In this document: positions 30,523 to 41,030 of the stretch, one piece after another
Layout of the letters: each line of letters opens with the position of its first letter
Numbering within the stretch: position 1 is the first letter of the stretch
Origin: an uncultured Chloroflexia bacterium
GTDB lineage: Bacteria; Chloroflexota; Dehalococcoidia; DSTF01; JALHUB01
Assembly: GCA_963726245.1 (NCBI GenBank)
Contig: CAVSBT010000015.1
Span: 255,793 to 319,792 of the forward strand
Reading direction: 5' to 3'
Length of the DNA: 64,000 nucleotides
The notes under the pieces: generated by a model
Told to the model about the DNA's origin: nothing
Seen by the model: only the letters and a program-made list of their open reading frames with translations
Databases searched by the model: none
Translations under genes and position numbers: made by a program

Positions 30523-31895
30523 TCATCTCAGGCTCTCAACCAATCCCTCTTTAATGGCACGGACCCCGGCCTCTGTGCGGGACACGGCGTTCATTTTGCT
30601 GAGTATGTTCTCGACGTGCTTGCTGGCCGTCCGAGGACTGATGGCCAACTGGGAGGCAATCTCCTTGTCCGCCCTTCCGGCTGCTACGAGAAAGAGGACG
30701 GCTAGCTCACGGAAGGTCAGGTCATAAGGATTCCCTCGGCGCACGGCGTCCTCTACTCTGCTCAACAGCTCTTCCCTGGCCACCGTGGCCGCTTCCTCCG
30801 CCTGCTTGCGCTCAGAGATGTCCCTCATGACACCCACCCTGACCGGGTGGCCTTTGAAGAAGGCGGTCTTGCCGCAAAACTCCACCGGGAAGGTCGTTCC
30901 GTCCTTCCTGAGGCCCCGCGCCTCATAGGATCCCTCATATCCTGAGCGAACTTGCTGCCGCACCAGATCACGGCAGTCGGGCGCAATGAAGCCAAGAGCG
31001 TCCATCCCAATGAACTCAGAAAGCTCATATCCAAGCATTGCCGCTGCCTGCGGGTTGGCGTCCAAGACTCGATGCGCCGTCGTGGATGACGATTCCCTCG
31101 AGGGTGGCTTCCGACAGTCTGCGGAAGCGTTCCTCGCTCTCCCGGAGCGCCTCCTCCGCCCGCTTGCGTTCAGAGATGTCCCGCATGACACCCACCCTGA
31201 CCTGGTGGCCTTTGTAGAAGGCGGTTTTGCCGCAGAGCTCCATCGGGAAGGTCGTTCCGTCCTTCCTGAGGCCCCGCGCCTCATAGGGTCCCTCATATCC
31301 TGAGCGAACGTAGCTGCCGCACCAGATCACGGCAGTCGGGCGCAATGAAGTCCCAGATGTCCATCCCAATGAACTCAGAAAGCTCATATCCATGCGTTGC
31401 CGCTGCCTGCGTGTTGGCGTCCAAGACTCGAGCGCCGTCGTGGATGAAGATTCCCTCAAGGGTGGCTTCCGACAGTCTGCGGAAGCGTTCCTCGCTCTCC
31501 CGGGGCCCCTCCTCCGCCCGCTTGCGCTCGGTGATGTCGCGCACGATGGCTAGAACCTCATCGTGGCCGCTGACCGCGATTCGACCCTCAAAGTCGCGCA
31601 GAGTTCCGTTCGGCAACGGGACCGGAATCTGGTACTCGAAGACCTGCGTATCGCCGGTCTGCAGTGCCTGCTCGAGGTAGTGCATCATTCCCGCAGCAAG
31701 ACCTGTCGGCATCACCTCGCGTACTGTCCTCCCCAGGAATTCAGCGGGAGGCAGCGCCGGCTCCTGGCCCTTTGCCGGATTGAATTCAAGAAAGCGGCCT
31801 TCCCTGCTGAGACGAAACATCAGATCCGGTACCGCGTCCAGCAGGGCCCGGTATTGCGCTTCGAGTCCCTTGCGCGGCTCCTTCCGCTTGCGCAT
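30523..31895 (-). CDS. Multi-PAS sensor with LuxR-type HTH; frameshifted
   Basis: Three PAS/PAC units (RDITERK, RDISERK) and LTFRELAVL..GRADKEIA..LAISPRT..KHVENILSK. Confidence 0.85.
30799..31524. repeat. Near-identical tandem duplication (~360 nt) of a PAS domain
   Basis: Two copies sharing long identical stretches such as gaaggtcgttccgtccttcctgaggccccgcgcctcatagg. Confidence 0.85.
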
Positions 31896-32393
31896 GCTTC
31901 GTCGGTCTTTTCGCCCGGCTACGATTGATCCTCATGGCCCTGAGTTCACTTCCCCGAGGGAGTCTTGGGTTCACCGCGAACAATACTCGAATCGGGGCGC
32001 GCCTTGGTTCCTGACCTCAGCAGCCCGCACGCCATGCCAGTGCCTTCTCGAAGGCTGGATCGCTGGCTACAGGCGTGTCTTCCTACGAGAACCGCGGGCT
32101 CGACCGAGCTGGGCCACCCCCTCCGGCTACTCTTGTTCCGAAGTCTTGGCAGTTGTAATGAGGGTCAACGGAAGCACTAAGTCCGCTTGCGGTCTGCGCG
32201 AACCACGTATATAGCTCCCGAGCAGCCCTGTCAAGATGTATGGCGTTTTCGGGGCGTCTCATACCCACGGGTGCTGAGATGAGCTTATGGCCGGGATGAT
32301 CCCTGGCCGCCATCGCCTTATGCTGACTGGCGGGGCAGCCAAGTGATATGGATCGGCCGCTTGTCGAAGTAGCCGAGGCCAATTGGGGGGAAA

Positions 32394-32470
32394 TGGTCGG
32401 GGCGACTGGATTTGAACCAGCGACCTCCTGAACCCCATTCAGGTGCGCTACCAGACTGCGCTACGCCCCG
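32394..32470 (-). tRNA. tRNA-Pro (GGG)
   Basis: CGGGGCGTAGCGCAG...GGG anticodon...GGTTCAAATCC...CCA cloverleaf. Confidence 0.96.
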
Positions 32471-32580
32471 ACCGGCCCCCATGTTAGCAGAGGCTCTCCA
32501 GGCTGGCAACCAGTAACGGCCTGGAGCTTGTCGCGGAGCCACGCCTCGTGGCGCCGTCGCCGGTGCGACGCAGCTCCGCC

Positions 32581-33408
32581 CTAGCCGCCGGCGATAACCC
32601 GGCCAAGAACAACGATGACGAGGCCCGCCAGGGTGACGGTTCCGAACTCGGTGAGGATGGGGAAGGTCAGGTTCCCTATCAGCGCATGGTGAATGAGACC
32701 GGTGCTTACGTAGAAGGCGAGAAGTAGGAACACCCCCGCCAGAAACCCTTCCAGCGGCAGGAAATTCAGGGACCAGCGGGCCTCCGCCACCACCAGCCCG
32801 ATGGCGGCGGCGTGGATCAGGGTGCGCCAGGGGGCTACCTCCGCCTCGCGCAGGATATCGTTGGCCAGCAGGGTGCTCACCAGGCCCACAACGGCTGCGG
32901 CCGGCAGCAGGGCAACGTCGTAGCTGTAGACCACGGCGTAGAAGGCGAAGGCGGTCAGGTAGGTTGTCATCGTGAGGATGAAGCGTGCCAGGGGATAGGC
33001 CGGCGCCAGGGGGTTCACCGAGACGTACTGGCCGTAGAGGGCCGCCGCCAGCAGGATTGCCGAGGCGGCGGCGGCAGGCCAGACCCAGTAGCCGGTCGCC
33101 GTGTCTTCGAAGAATAGGCCGGCGCCGAGTGCCAGGAGCACCGGCAGCAGGAGAAAGGGCGCCGTGTCGGACACATCGCGGAAGACGCCAGAGGGATAGG
33201 AGCGGATGATGCCGTCCGTCCCCAGGGCTACCAGAGCCGCAACCAGGAGGAGGATCCACGGCCTGGCGGGCTCGATGGAGAGGAACATCCCGACGCCCAG
33301 CCCGTAGACGGCGGCGAGCAGCGGTATGAGTCCGGCGTGCAGCCGCCCACTCTCCAGAGTCACCTCCATGCGCATCGGCTGCTGCCGCGCGCCGGCTTTC
33401 TTGGCCAT
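32581..33408 (-). CDS. Integral membrane protein (DUF5656-like)
   Basis: About eight hydrophobic helices; ATG at 33408. Confidence 0.7.
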   Translation of the reverse strand: MAKKAGARQQPMRMEVTLESGRLHAGLIPLLAAVYGLGVGMFLSIEPARPWILLLVAALVALGTDGIIRSYPSGVFRDVSDTAPFLLLPVLLALGAGLFFEDTATGYWVWPAAAASAILLAAALYGQYVSVNPLAPAYPLARFILTMTTYLTAFAFYAVVYSYDVALLPAAAVVGLVSTLLANDILREAEVAPWRTLIHAAAIGLVVAEARWSLNFLPLEGFLAGVFLLLAFYVSTGLIHHALIGNLTFPILTEFGTVTLAGLVIVVLGRVIAGG

Positions 33409-33591
33409 CGATTCGCCTAGTCCTGCCTGCCGACCCTTGTCATCGTGACAGCACCCCGTCCGAGCGGGGTGCCTGGCGTTCTCACTCCAGTCCGACGCAT
33501 TGTAGGCGGCGCTCGAAGCTGGTGTCAAACCGGCCAAGAGTGCAATGCCTTGCAGCGCCCTACCCCCTCTGCTACCATGGGGTCGCCAGGT

Positions 33592-33667
33592 GGGGCTGTA
33601 GCTCAATTGGGAGAGCGTTTGTCTGGCAGACAAAAGGTAGGGGGTTCGAATCCCCCCAGCTCCACCA
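33592..33667 (+). tRNA. tRNA-Ala (GGC)
   Basis: GGGGCTGTAGCTCAATTGGGAGAGC..GGC..GGTTCGAATCC..CCA. Confidence 0.97.
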
Positions 33668-33863
33668 AGCTCTTGCCTCGCATCCTTACCCGGTCGGCGC
33701 CGGGCGCGCCCGTTCAGCGCCAAAGCGGGAGGCGCTCTCTGGGCACTGAGCCTTGTCAAAGGAGGCATCCCACGGCGCCACAAGCAGGGTCGTACCGCGG
33801 GCTGGCCCTCCGTCCCTGTGGACGGGGGGTCTGCGTTTAGGCGTTTAGAATCGAGGGAAGCCT

Positions 33864-34331
33864 GTGGACAACGCTGACCAGCTAGCGATGGTGGGGCGGC
33901 TGGCCTTTGCTGCCTTCCTGGGCGCCTTCATCGGCCTGGAGAGGGAGCTACGCGGCTACCCCGCCGGCGTCCGCACAGTGGCCCTGGTGGCCACCGGCTC
34001 CGCTCTCTTCACCGAGGTGTCCCGCATCACCGGCTCCGAGGACCGCATCGCTGCCGGCATCGTAAGCGGCATCGGCTTCCTGGGCGCAGGCGTCATCTTC
34101 CGCGAGGGCTACACCGTGCGCGGCATCACCACCGCCGCCACCGTCTGGACCGCGGCCGCCGTCGGCATGGCCGTAGCGCGCGAGCTCTACCTGGTGGCCG
34201 GCCTGGGCTCGCTCCTGGTGTTCATCCTCCTGGAGGCGAGGCCCGTGGTGCGCCGCCTGGACGACGTCCTCCGTAGTCGCGGCCGCGAGCTGGTGCTGGG
34301 CGAACCTGACGAGGACAGGGAGGAGCCATGA
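33864..34331 (+). CDS. MgtC/SapB family membrane protein
   Basis: [31 protein letters not shown]. Confidence 0.9.
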   Translation: MDNADQLAMVGRLAFAAFLGAFIGLERELRGYPAGVRTVALVATGSALFTEVSRITGSEDRIAAGIVSGIGFLGAGVIFREGYTVRGITTAATVWTAAAVGMAVARELYLVAGLGSLLVFILLEARPVVRRLDDVLRSRGRELVLGEPDEDREEP

Positions 34332-36781
34332 CGACGACTGACAGGTACGCGCCAGCGGAGATCGAGAGGAAGTGGCAGGAGCGCTGGGCCGCCGACGGCC
34401 TCTACCGCGCGCCCGACGACGACCCCCGGCCCAAGTTCTACTACCTCACGATGCTCCCCTACACCTCGGGCGACCTGCACGTCGGCCACTGGTACGCCAT
34501 GGCCCCCTCCGACGTGCAGGCCCGATACCGGCGTATGCGCGGCTACAACGTCCTCTTCCCCATGGGCTTCGACGCCTTCGGCCTGCCGGCGGAGAACGCC
34601 GCCATCAAGCAGGGCATCCACCCCCACAAGTGGACCTACGACAACGTCGCCCGCATGCGAGAGCAGCTCAAGAGGATGGGCGCCATCTTCGACTGGGAGC
34701 GCGAGGTCATCACCAGCGACCCCGACTACTACCGCTGGACTCAGTGGTGGTTCCTCCAGTTCTACAAGCACGGCCTGGCCTACCGGGGCCTGGCGCCCGC
34801 CAACTGGTGCCCCTCCTGCCAGACCGTCCTGGCCAACGAGCAGGTCCTGCCCGGCGGCCAGTGCGAGCGCTGCGGCACCGCCTGTCACCCGGCGCGACCT
34901 GGAGCAGTGGTTCTTCCGCATCACCCGGTACGCCGACGAGCTGCTGGACTACAGCAAGATCCAGTGGCCGGAGCGCATCGCCGCCATGCAGAGGAACTGG
35001 ATCGGGCGCAGCGAGGGCGTGGAGATCGCCTTCGGCCTCGACGTGCCCGGCGTCGAAGAGAAGGAGCTGCGCGTCTTCACCACCCGCCCGGACACCATCT
35101 ACGGCGTCACATTCATGGTGCTGGCGCCGGAGCACCCGCTGGTCGAGAAGCTGACCGCCGCCGACAAGCGGGCTGAGGTGCAGGCCTACGTCGAGGCCGC
35201 CCGCCGCCAGAGCGAGATCGAGCGCCTCTCCACCGAGAAGGAGAAGACGGGCGTCTTCATCGGCGCCTACTGCAAGAACCTGCTCAACGGCGAGGACGTG
35301 CCCATCTTCATCGCCGACTACGCCCTGCTCTGGTACGGCACCGGCATCGTCATGGGCGTGCCCGCCCACGACGAGCGTGACTTCGACTTCGCCAAGAAGT
35401 ACGGCCTGCCCATCAAGACCGTCATCGCCCCGCCCGGCTACCAGGGGGAGCCACTCGAGGCCGCCTACGTCGAGCCCGGCACGATGGTCAACTCCGGCCC
35501 CTTCGATGGCACCCCCAACGAGGAGGGGAAGACCACCGTCGCTGAGTACATCGAGAAGCAGGGCTGGGGCAAGCGCACCGTCGGCTATCGCCTGCGCGAC
35601 TGGCTCATCTCCCGCCAGCGCTACTGGGGCGCGCCCATACCCATCGTCTACTGCGAGCGGTGCGGCATCGTCCCCGTGCCCGAGGAGCAACTGCCGGTGC
35701 TCCTGCCCGAGGACGCCGAGTTCCGCCCCACCGGCGAGTCGCCCCTGAGGCTCCACCAGGGCTTCGTGAACACCACCTGCCCTCAGTGCGGGGGCCCGGC
35801 CAAGCGCGAGACGGATACCATGGACACCTTCATGTGCTCCAACTGGTACTTCATGCGTTACGTCGACCCCAGGAACTCGGAGCGCCCCTTCTCCCGCGAG
35901 CTGGCGCGCAAGTGGCTGCCCGTCGACCAGTACACCGGCGGCGCCGAGCACGCCGTCATGCACCTGCTCTACGCCCGCTTCTTCACCAAGGCCGCCCGCG
36001 ACATGGGCTTGGTCGAGTTCGACGAGCCCTTCCTCCGTCTCTTCAACCAGGGCATCATCATCGCCGGCAAGGCCAAGATGAGTAAGTCCCGCGGCAACGT
36101 GGTGGCGCCGGACGAGTACGTGGCCCGCCTGGGTGCCGACGCCATCCGCGTCTACCTGATGTTCATCGGGCCGTGGGAGCAGGGCGGCGAGTGGGACGAC
36201 TCCGGCCTGGCCGGCATCTCCCGCTGGCTGAACCGGGTCTGGAACCTGGTCCTCTCGCCGGCGGAGACGGCCTCACTGCCGGACGCGCCCGCCACCCGCG
36301 AGCTGCGCCGCCTCATGCACAAGACTATCCGCCGCGTCACCGAGGACACGGAGCGGTTCAGGTTCAATACCATGGTGGCGGCCCTCATGGAGTACACCAA
36401 CGGCCTCACCCATGCCAAGGAGGCGGGCCCTGTCGATGCCGGCGCCTGGCGCGAGGCCATCGACACGCTGCTGCTGCTGATCGCCCCCTCGGCGCCCCAC
36501 CTGGCGGAGGAGCTGTGGGAGCGCACGGGGCACGCCTACAGCATCCACAACCAGGCCTGGCCGGAGTGGGACGAGGAGCTGGCCCGAGAGGAAGAGATAA
36601 CGCTGGTGGTGCAGGTGAACGGCAAGCTGCGCGACCGCCTCCAGGTGCCGGCCGACGTCACGGAGGAGCGGGCGAAGGAGCTCGCCCTGCGAGCGAGCGC
36701 GTCCGCGCCCACACCGACGGCAGGCAGATGCTGCGCGTGATCTACGTGCCGGGCCGGTTGGTGAACGTGGTGGTGAGGTGA
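34328..36781 (+). CDS. leuS: Leucine--tRNA ligase; frameshifts near 34885 and 36690
   Basis: [29 protein letters not shown] editing domain, [20 protein letters not shown]. Confidence 0.96.
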
Positions 36782-36831
36782 GACCGACAGGATCGGCCTG
36801 ACGTGGCAGAGGGCTGAAGCCCTCCGCAATT

Positions 36832-36860
36832 CGTAGGGGCGCAGCATGCTGCGCCCCACG
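36832..36860. repeat. GTAG-type REP hairpin
   Basis: CGTAGGGGCGCAGCATGCTGCGCCCCACG. Confidence 0.75.
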
Positions 36861-36886
36861 TGATCACCGCTACATGGCATTGGGGG

Positions 36887-37447
36887 TTACGTGGTCTCGG
36901 GCTCCTCCGGCTTCGCCTCCAAAGCCTCGATTCCAGCCCGCACGGTGCTCGTGAAGGTGGAGAGCTGCGCCTCCAGCTTCTTGAGCATCTCCAGGGCGTA
37001 GCGGTCGGCCTCGTCCATCTGCTGGTTGGCCGCGGTCTCGGCTTGGCCCAGGCGGGCGCGCACCTGCTCCTCGGCCTCCCGCACCATGGTCGAGACCTTC
37101 TCTTCGGCCTGGCGGACCAGCTCCCGACCCCGCTCTTCCGCCGCCTTGACGAGGTGGTCATCCTCCAGGCTCTCCTCGACCTGCGTGTGGGCCGCAGACA
37201 GCACTTGCTCCGCCTCCTGCCGGGCGCGGGCCATGATCTCCTCCCCCTCCTCCACTATGCCGCGCGCCTCCCTTACCTCGGCCGGCACAGCGACCCTCAT
37301 CTGGTCGATGAGGTCCAGCAGGCGGCGGCGGTCCATGACCACGTTGCCGCCGAGGGGCAAACGGCGCGCCTCTCCCACCAGCTCTTCCAGGCGGTCGATG
37401 AGGTGCTGGATGTCGATGGCCGGCCTCCTTAGCTGCGGGCCTTCCAC
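36887..37447 (-). CDS. Conserved coiled-coil protein downstream of coaD (DivIVA/ATP synthase b-like)
   Basis: LIDRLEELV..ARRLPL..LLDLIDQMRVAVP pattern; usual rsmD-coaD neighbour. Confidence 0.78.
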   Translation of the reverse strand: MEGPQLRRPAIDIQHLIDRLEELVGEARRLPLGGNVVMDRRRLLDLIDQMRVAVPAEVREARGIVEEGEEIMARARQEAEQVLSAAHTQVEESLEDDHLVKAAEERGRELVRQAEEKVSTMVREAEEQVRARLGQAETAANQQMDEADRYALEMLKKLEAQLSTFTSTVRAGIEALEAKPEEPETT

Positions 37448-37923
37448 ACGTCCCCGAACTTCTGACGCAGGGCATCGGCTACGGCCGCCGGCACGAGATC
37501 GCTGACGTCGTAGCCCAGGCTCGCCACTTCCCGGATGCGGCGGCCGCTGACGAACAGGTGCTCCAGGCTGGCCATGAGGAAGACGGACTCAACCTCCGGC
37601 GCCACCTTCTTGTTCATGAGGGCCATGTCGAACTCGGTCTCGAAGTCGGTAACGGCGCGGATGCCGCGCACCAGTACGGTGGCCCCCTCATTGCGGGCGA
37701 AGTCCACCAGGAGGCCCCGAAACGGCTTCACCTGGATACTGGGGAACTGCCGGACCGCCTCCTGGAAAAGGCGCACCCGTTCCTCGGTGGGGAAGAGGTT
37801 GCCCTGATCCTGGTGATGGACAGCGATGACGACTTGATCCCACAGGGCGGCGGCCCTGCGGGCGATGTCCAGGTGTCCGTTGGTCGGGGGGTCGAAGCGG
37901 CCAGGGTACACAGCAGTGGGCAC
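37429..37923 (-). CDS. coaD: Phosphopantetheine adenylyltransferase
   Basis: YPGRFDPPTNGH, RGIRAVTDFE. Confidence 0.94.
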   Translation of the reverse strand: MPTAVYPGRFDPPTNGHLDIARRAAALWDQVVIAVHHQDQGNLFPTEERVRLFQEAVRQFPSIQVKPFRGLLVDFARNEGATVLVRGIRAVTDFETEFDMALMNKKVAPEVESVFLMASLEHLFVSGRRIREVASLGYDVSDLVPAAVADALRQKFGDVWKARS

Positions 37924-37935
37924 CGTTGGATCCTC

Positions 37936-38475
37936 CTAGCGGTAGAATGAAACGCAGGTATCGCCGTGCCGCCGGGTCTGCAAGAGCGGACGCCCCCCCA
38001 GGGCCGGCGGCGCCTCCCTCCGTCGTGAGTGCTCGAGCACCAGGACGGCCTCTGGAGCCAGGAGAGGGGAGGCCGCCAGGCGCTCGAGGTCTTCGAGCGC
38101 GTGCTCGTCGTTGTAGGACGGGTCGGCCAGCAACAGCGTGTACGGCCCCTTCAGCCGCTCAGCAACCTGTCTGACGGATAGCGCATGAACGGCGCCTCTA
38201 TCCGCCAGATCGGTTTGAGCCAGATTCTCCCGAATCGTCTCGCAGGTCCGGTAGCCCCGCTCCACGAAGTCACACCAGCCGGCGCCGCGACTGAGGGCCT
38301 CGATGCCCAGGGCGCCCGTCCCCGCATAGAGGTCCAGGACACGCGACAGGTCGGCGCCCATGGACCGCAAGACATCGAAGATAGCCCCACGCACCAGGTC
38401 GGAGGTAGGGCGGGTGCCGGGACCACGAGGCCCCTTCAGGTGGCGTCCCTTCGCAGAGCCGCCAATGACTCTCAT
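37936..38475 (-). CDS. rsmD: 16S rRNA m2G966 methyltransferase
   Basis: MRVIGG, TRPTSD, DLYAGTGALGIEALSRG, ADPSY. Confidence 0.93.
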   Translation of the reverse strand: MRVIGGSAKGRHLKGPRGPGTRPTSDLVRGAIFDVLRSMGADLSRVLDLYAGTGALGIEALSRGAGWCDFVERGYRTCETIRENLAQTDLADRGAVHALSVRQVAERLKGPYTLLLADPSYNDEHALEDLERLAASPLLAPEAVLVLEHSRRREAPPALGGRPLLQTRRHGDTCVSFYR

Positions 38476-38539
38476 CCCAGGAGGCCGGGAGGCGTCGGCA
38501 AGCAGGCCCGCCTACCGGCGGGCGGGCTTCGCCGCGACA

Positions 38540-40171
38540 CTACTGCCCCGCGGCCTTCACCTCCAGGCTCAGCCGTTGCCCCACCCGCACGACGCCATCG
38601 CTGACCACCAGAGTCACGTCATAGGTGCCGGGATCGGGCGCCGTCCACATCACCGCCCCCTCGGCGCCGCCGTCCAGGGAGCCCTGGCTGGCCTCCCAGT
38701 ACGGCTTCAGGAGCGAGCCGTTGGGTTTCACCAGGGTCACTTTGCCCGACTCCGCCAGCTCCTGGATGGGCGGCCAGATGTTGGGCCCGGCCGCTGACTG
38801 CGACACGTCCTCGACAGCCACGCCACCCAACCGGAAGCGCTGCACCAGGTCCAGCTTGAAGGCAATGCTGAAGCCGTTCTCGATCCACACCGTGCGGGCG
38901 CCGCCTTCGCCGGGATAGCTGAAGGCCACGGCCAGCGCATCGTCGTCCCAGAAGAGACCGGAGGCGCCCTCCTGCTGGTAGATGTTGGGGCCGACGATGG
39001 TGATCTGCTCCTGGGGGAGGATGTCGCCCTCGGTCCGGGCCACCAGCGTGCTGGCCAGCCCCATCGCCTGCGACAGCATTAGGGCCTTCATCCCTTCGCC
39101 GCTCTTCTCGTGGCTAAAGGGGCTCACCACCAGCATGAGCTTGGAGCTGTCGACCTGCTGGGTAAGGAATTGCAGGGCGTCGTCCATGCGCTGGTAGTAG
39201 AGTGACTGGTCGGTCTCAGGTGCCAGCTCGATGGCATCCACGGCCTGTCCCAAGGCTTGCCAGTCGTAGGGGCCGGTGTCCCATCCGGCCGCCTCGTGCG
39301 ACGGCAGGGGCAGAGTAAGCGTGAGTGAATGGCCGTCACGGTGGAGCGCGTCGGCCAGGCCGGTCACGAACTGAGTGAGGTCGGCGCCCCGGTCGGGGCT
39401 CACCGCCCGGTAATCGATGTCGATACCGTCGTAAGAGCCCTCCTGCACGATGCGCGTTATGTCGTCTATGTGCCTCTGGCGTAGCTCTGGCGAGGCGAGT
39501 ATCGTGTCCACCGCCTCGGACTCCGGCGGCCCCAGGGCGCGCACCGTGGGCAGCACCCGCAGCGAGCTATTCTCAGGTCGTGGCCGTCCCGCGCCCAGGA
39601 GGACGCCGTCGGCGGCGGGCACGAAGTCCAGTGTATGGAGCACGGACAGTGTGCGGGCCGCCGTTGGGTCTATCTCCGTATCCTGAGGCAACCAGCCCGC
39701 CACCTGCACAGCGAGCGTGGCGCGCCGGAGCACGGCCACGTTCTTAGGCAGAGGAGAGACCTCTCCCTGGGCAGCGGTGCCGTCGCTGGTGAGGGTAGCG
39801 GAGGCGAGACGCTTCCACTGGCCGTTATCGTAGGTGAAGAGAGCCAGATTGCGGTCGTCGGCGGGCCGGGTGTCCAACGGGACCGTCACTAGGCCGCCGC
39901 CCTCCGGCTGGCCGGTCCCCAGTTGGTGGAGCCCGCTGATGATCTCCCAGCCCGCGGGAGGCTCCGGGGTCTTGGACTGCGGGCGGGAAGTGAAGGCCCC
40001 GGGGCCCGTCGCCCCGCCGCCGCCACCACCGTTCAAAATGGACACCGGTGGGAGGACTAGGACGAGGAGAACGATAGCGAGGAGGATGATGACGCCGACG
40101 ATGATGACAGGGGTCCGGTCTCGCGGCACGTCGGGCTGCAGCAGCCTGTCGAAGGGTCCCTGCTCTTTCAC
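38540..40171 (-). CDS. Membrane-anchored GH18-like protein with C-terminal Ig/PKD-like domain
   Basis: N-terminal TM; YDGIDIDY; YDWQALG; TVWIEN..SIAFKL..LGGVA. Confidence 0.72.
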   Translation of the reverse strand: MKEQGPFDRLLQPDVPRDRTPVIIVGVIILLAIVLLVLVLPPVSILNGGGGGGATGPGAFTSRPQSKTPEPPAGWEIISGLHQLGTGQPEGGGLVTVPLDTRPADDRNLALFTYDNGQWKRLASATLTSDGTAAQGEVSPLPKNVAVLRRATLAVQVAGWLPQDTEIDPTAARTLSVLHTLDFVPAADGVLLGAGRPRPENSSLRVLPTVRALGPPESEAVDTILASPELRQRHIDDITRIVQEGSYDGIDIDYRAVSPDRGADLTQFVTGLADALHRDGHSLTLTLPLPSHEAAGWDTGPYDWQALGQAVDAIELAPETDQSLYYQRMDDALQFLTQQVDSSKLMLVVSPFSHEKSGEGMKALMLSQAMGLASTLVARTEGDILPQEQITIVGPNIYQQEGASGLFWDDDALAVAFSYPGEGGARTVWIENGFSIAFKLDLVQRFRLGGVAVEDVSQSAAGPNIWPPIQELAESGKVTLVKPNGSLLKPYWEASQGSLDGGAEGAVMWTAPDPGTYDVTLVVSDGVVRVGQRLSLEVKAAGQ

Positions 40172-40341
40172 GCAGACCTGCCCCGGCGCCGACGCCGCAG
40201 GAGAACGCTAATCAATCTCAACATTTTGTCCGACGGCCCATTGTAGCACAGGCTCTTGGACAAGCCAACAGACTGCCTGACGTGGCCGGCCCATTCTACA
40301 AGCCGAGCGCATGGCCGGGCTCCCCTTCGCAAGTGACCCTC

Positions 40342-40370
40342 TTTACAAGCCCTTGACGCGGCTATATAAT
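40342..40370 (+). promoter_or_regulatory. Sigma70-type promoter of greA
   Basis: TTTACA-17 nt-TATAAT. Confidence 0.7.
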
Positions 40371-40390
40371 ACCGTCGCTTTGACTGTTGT

Positions 40391-40424
40391 GACTGAGGGC
40401 GAGGCGCCTCAGTCCTATTTTATT
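40391..40424 (+). terminator. Terminator-like hairpin in the greA 5' leader
   Basis: GACTGAGG...CCTCAGTC followed by CTATTTTATT. Confidence 0.55.
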
Positions 40425-40447
40425 GGGGCTCGCAGGAGCAGACGATC

Positions 40448-40909
40448 GTGTCGAAGCCTGTCCCGCTGACTCCCGAAGGTCTCGCCAAACTGGAGCGAGA
40501 GCTGGACTACCTGCGTACCGTCAGGCGGCAGGAGGTGGCTGATCGCATCCACCAGGCGAAGGAGCTTGCCAGCACTCAGAATAACGCCGAGTATGACGAT
40601 GCCAAGAACGAGCAGGCCTTCGTCGAGGGGCGCATCCTCACCCTGGAGAAGATGATCCAGAACGCCGTCATCATCGAGGAGCGCCATTCCAGCCGTGTCG
40701 AGCTGGGCTCCAAGGTAAGCGTGGTGAACGCCGACGGCAAAGAGGAGCACTACACCATCGTCGGCTCCGCCGAGGCCAGCCCCAAAGACGGCCGGATCAG
40801 CAATGAGTCGCCCGTGGGTCGCGCCCTTCTCGGCAAGTCCGTGGGCGAGGAGGTGCAAGTGCAGGTTCCGGCCGGCGTCCTGCGCCTCACTGTCACTACC
40901 ATAAGCTAG
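40448..40909 (+). CDS. greA: Transcription elongation factor GreA
   Basis: LTPEGLAKLEREL, NAEYDDAK, ISNESPVGRALLG. Confidence 0.95.
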   Translation: MSKPVPLTPEGLAKLERELDYLRTVRRQEVADRIHQAKELASTQNNAEYDDAKNEQAFVEGRILTLEKMIQNAVIIEERHSSRVELGSKVSVVNADGKEEHYTIVGSAEASPKDGRISNESPVGRALLGKSVGEEVQVQVPAGVLRLTVTTIS

Positions 40910-41030
40910 GCCCGCAGGGGGCGAATAGGAAGGCTGGGGCGGGCGGGCCAGACGGCTCCCCGCCTTCGCATTGTAGCGAAGACCGCCACGGGGATGACCC
41001 TTTTCCGGCCGACTCAAGCGTGAGACCCTC

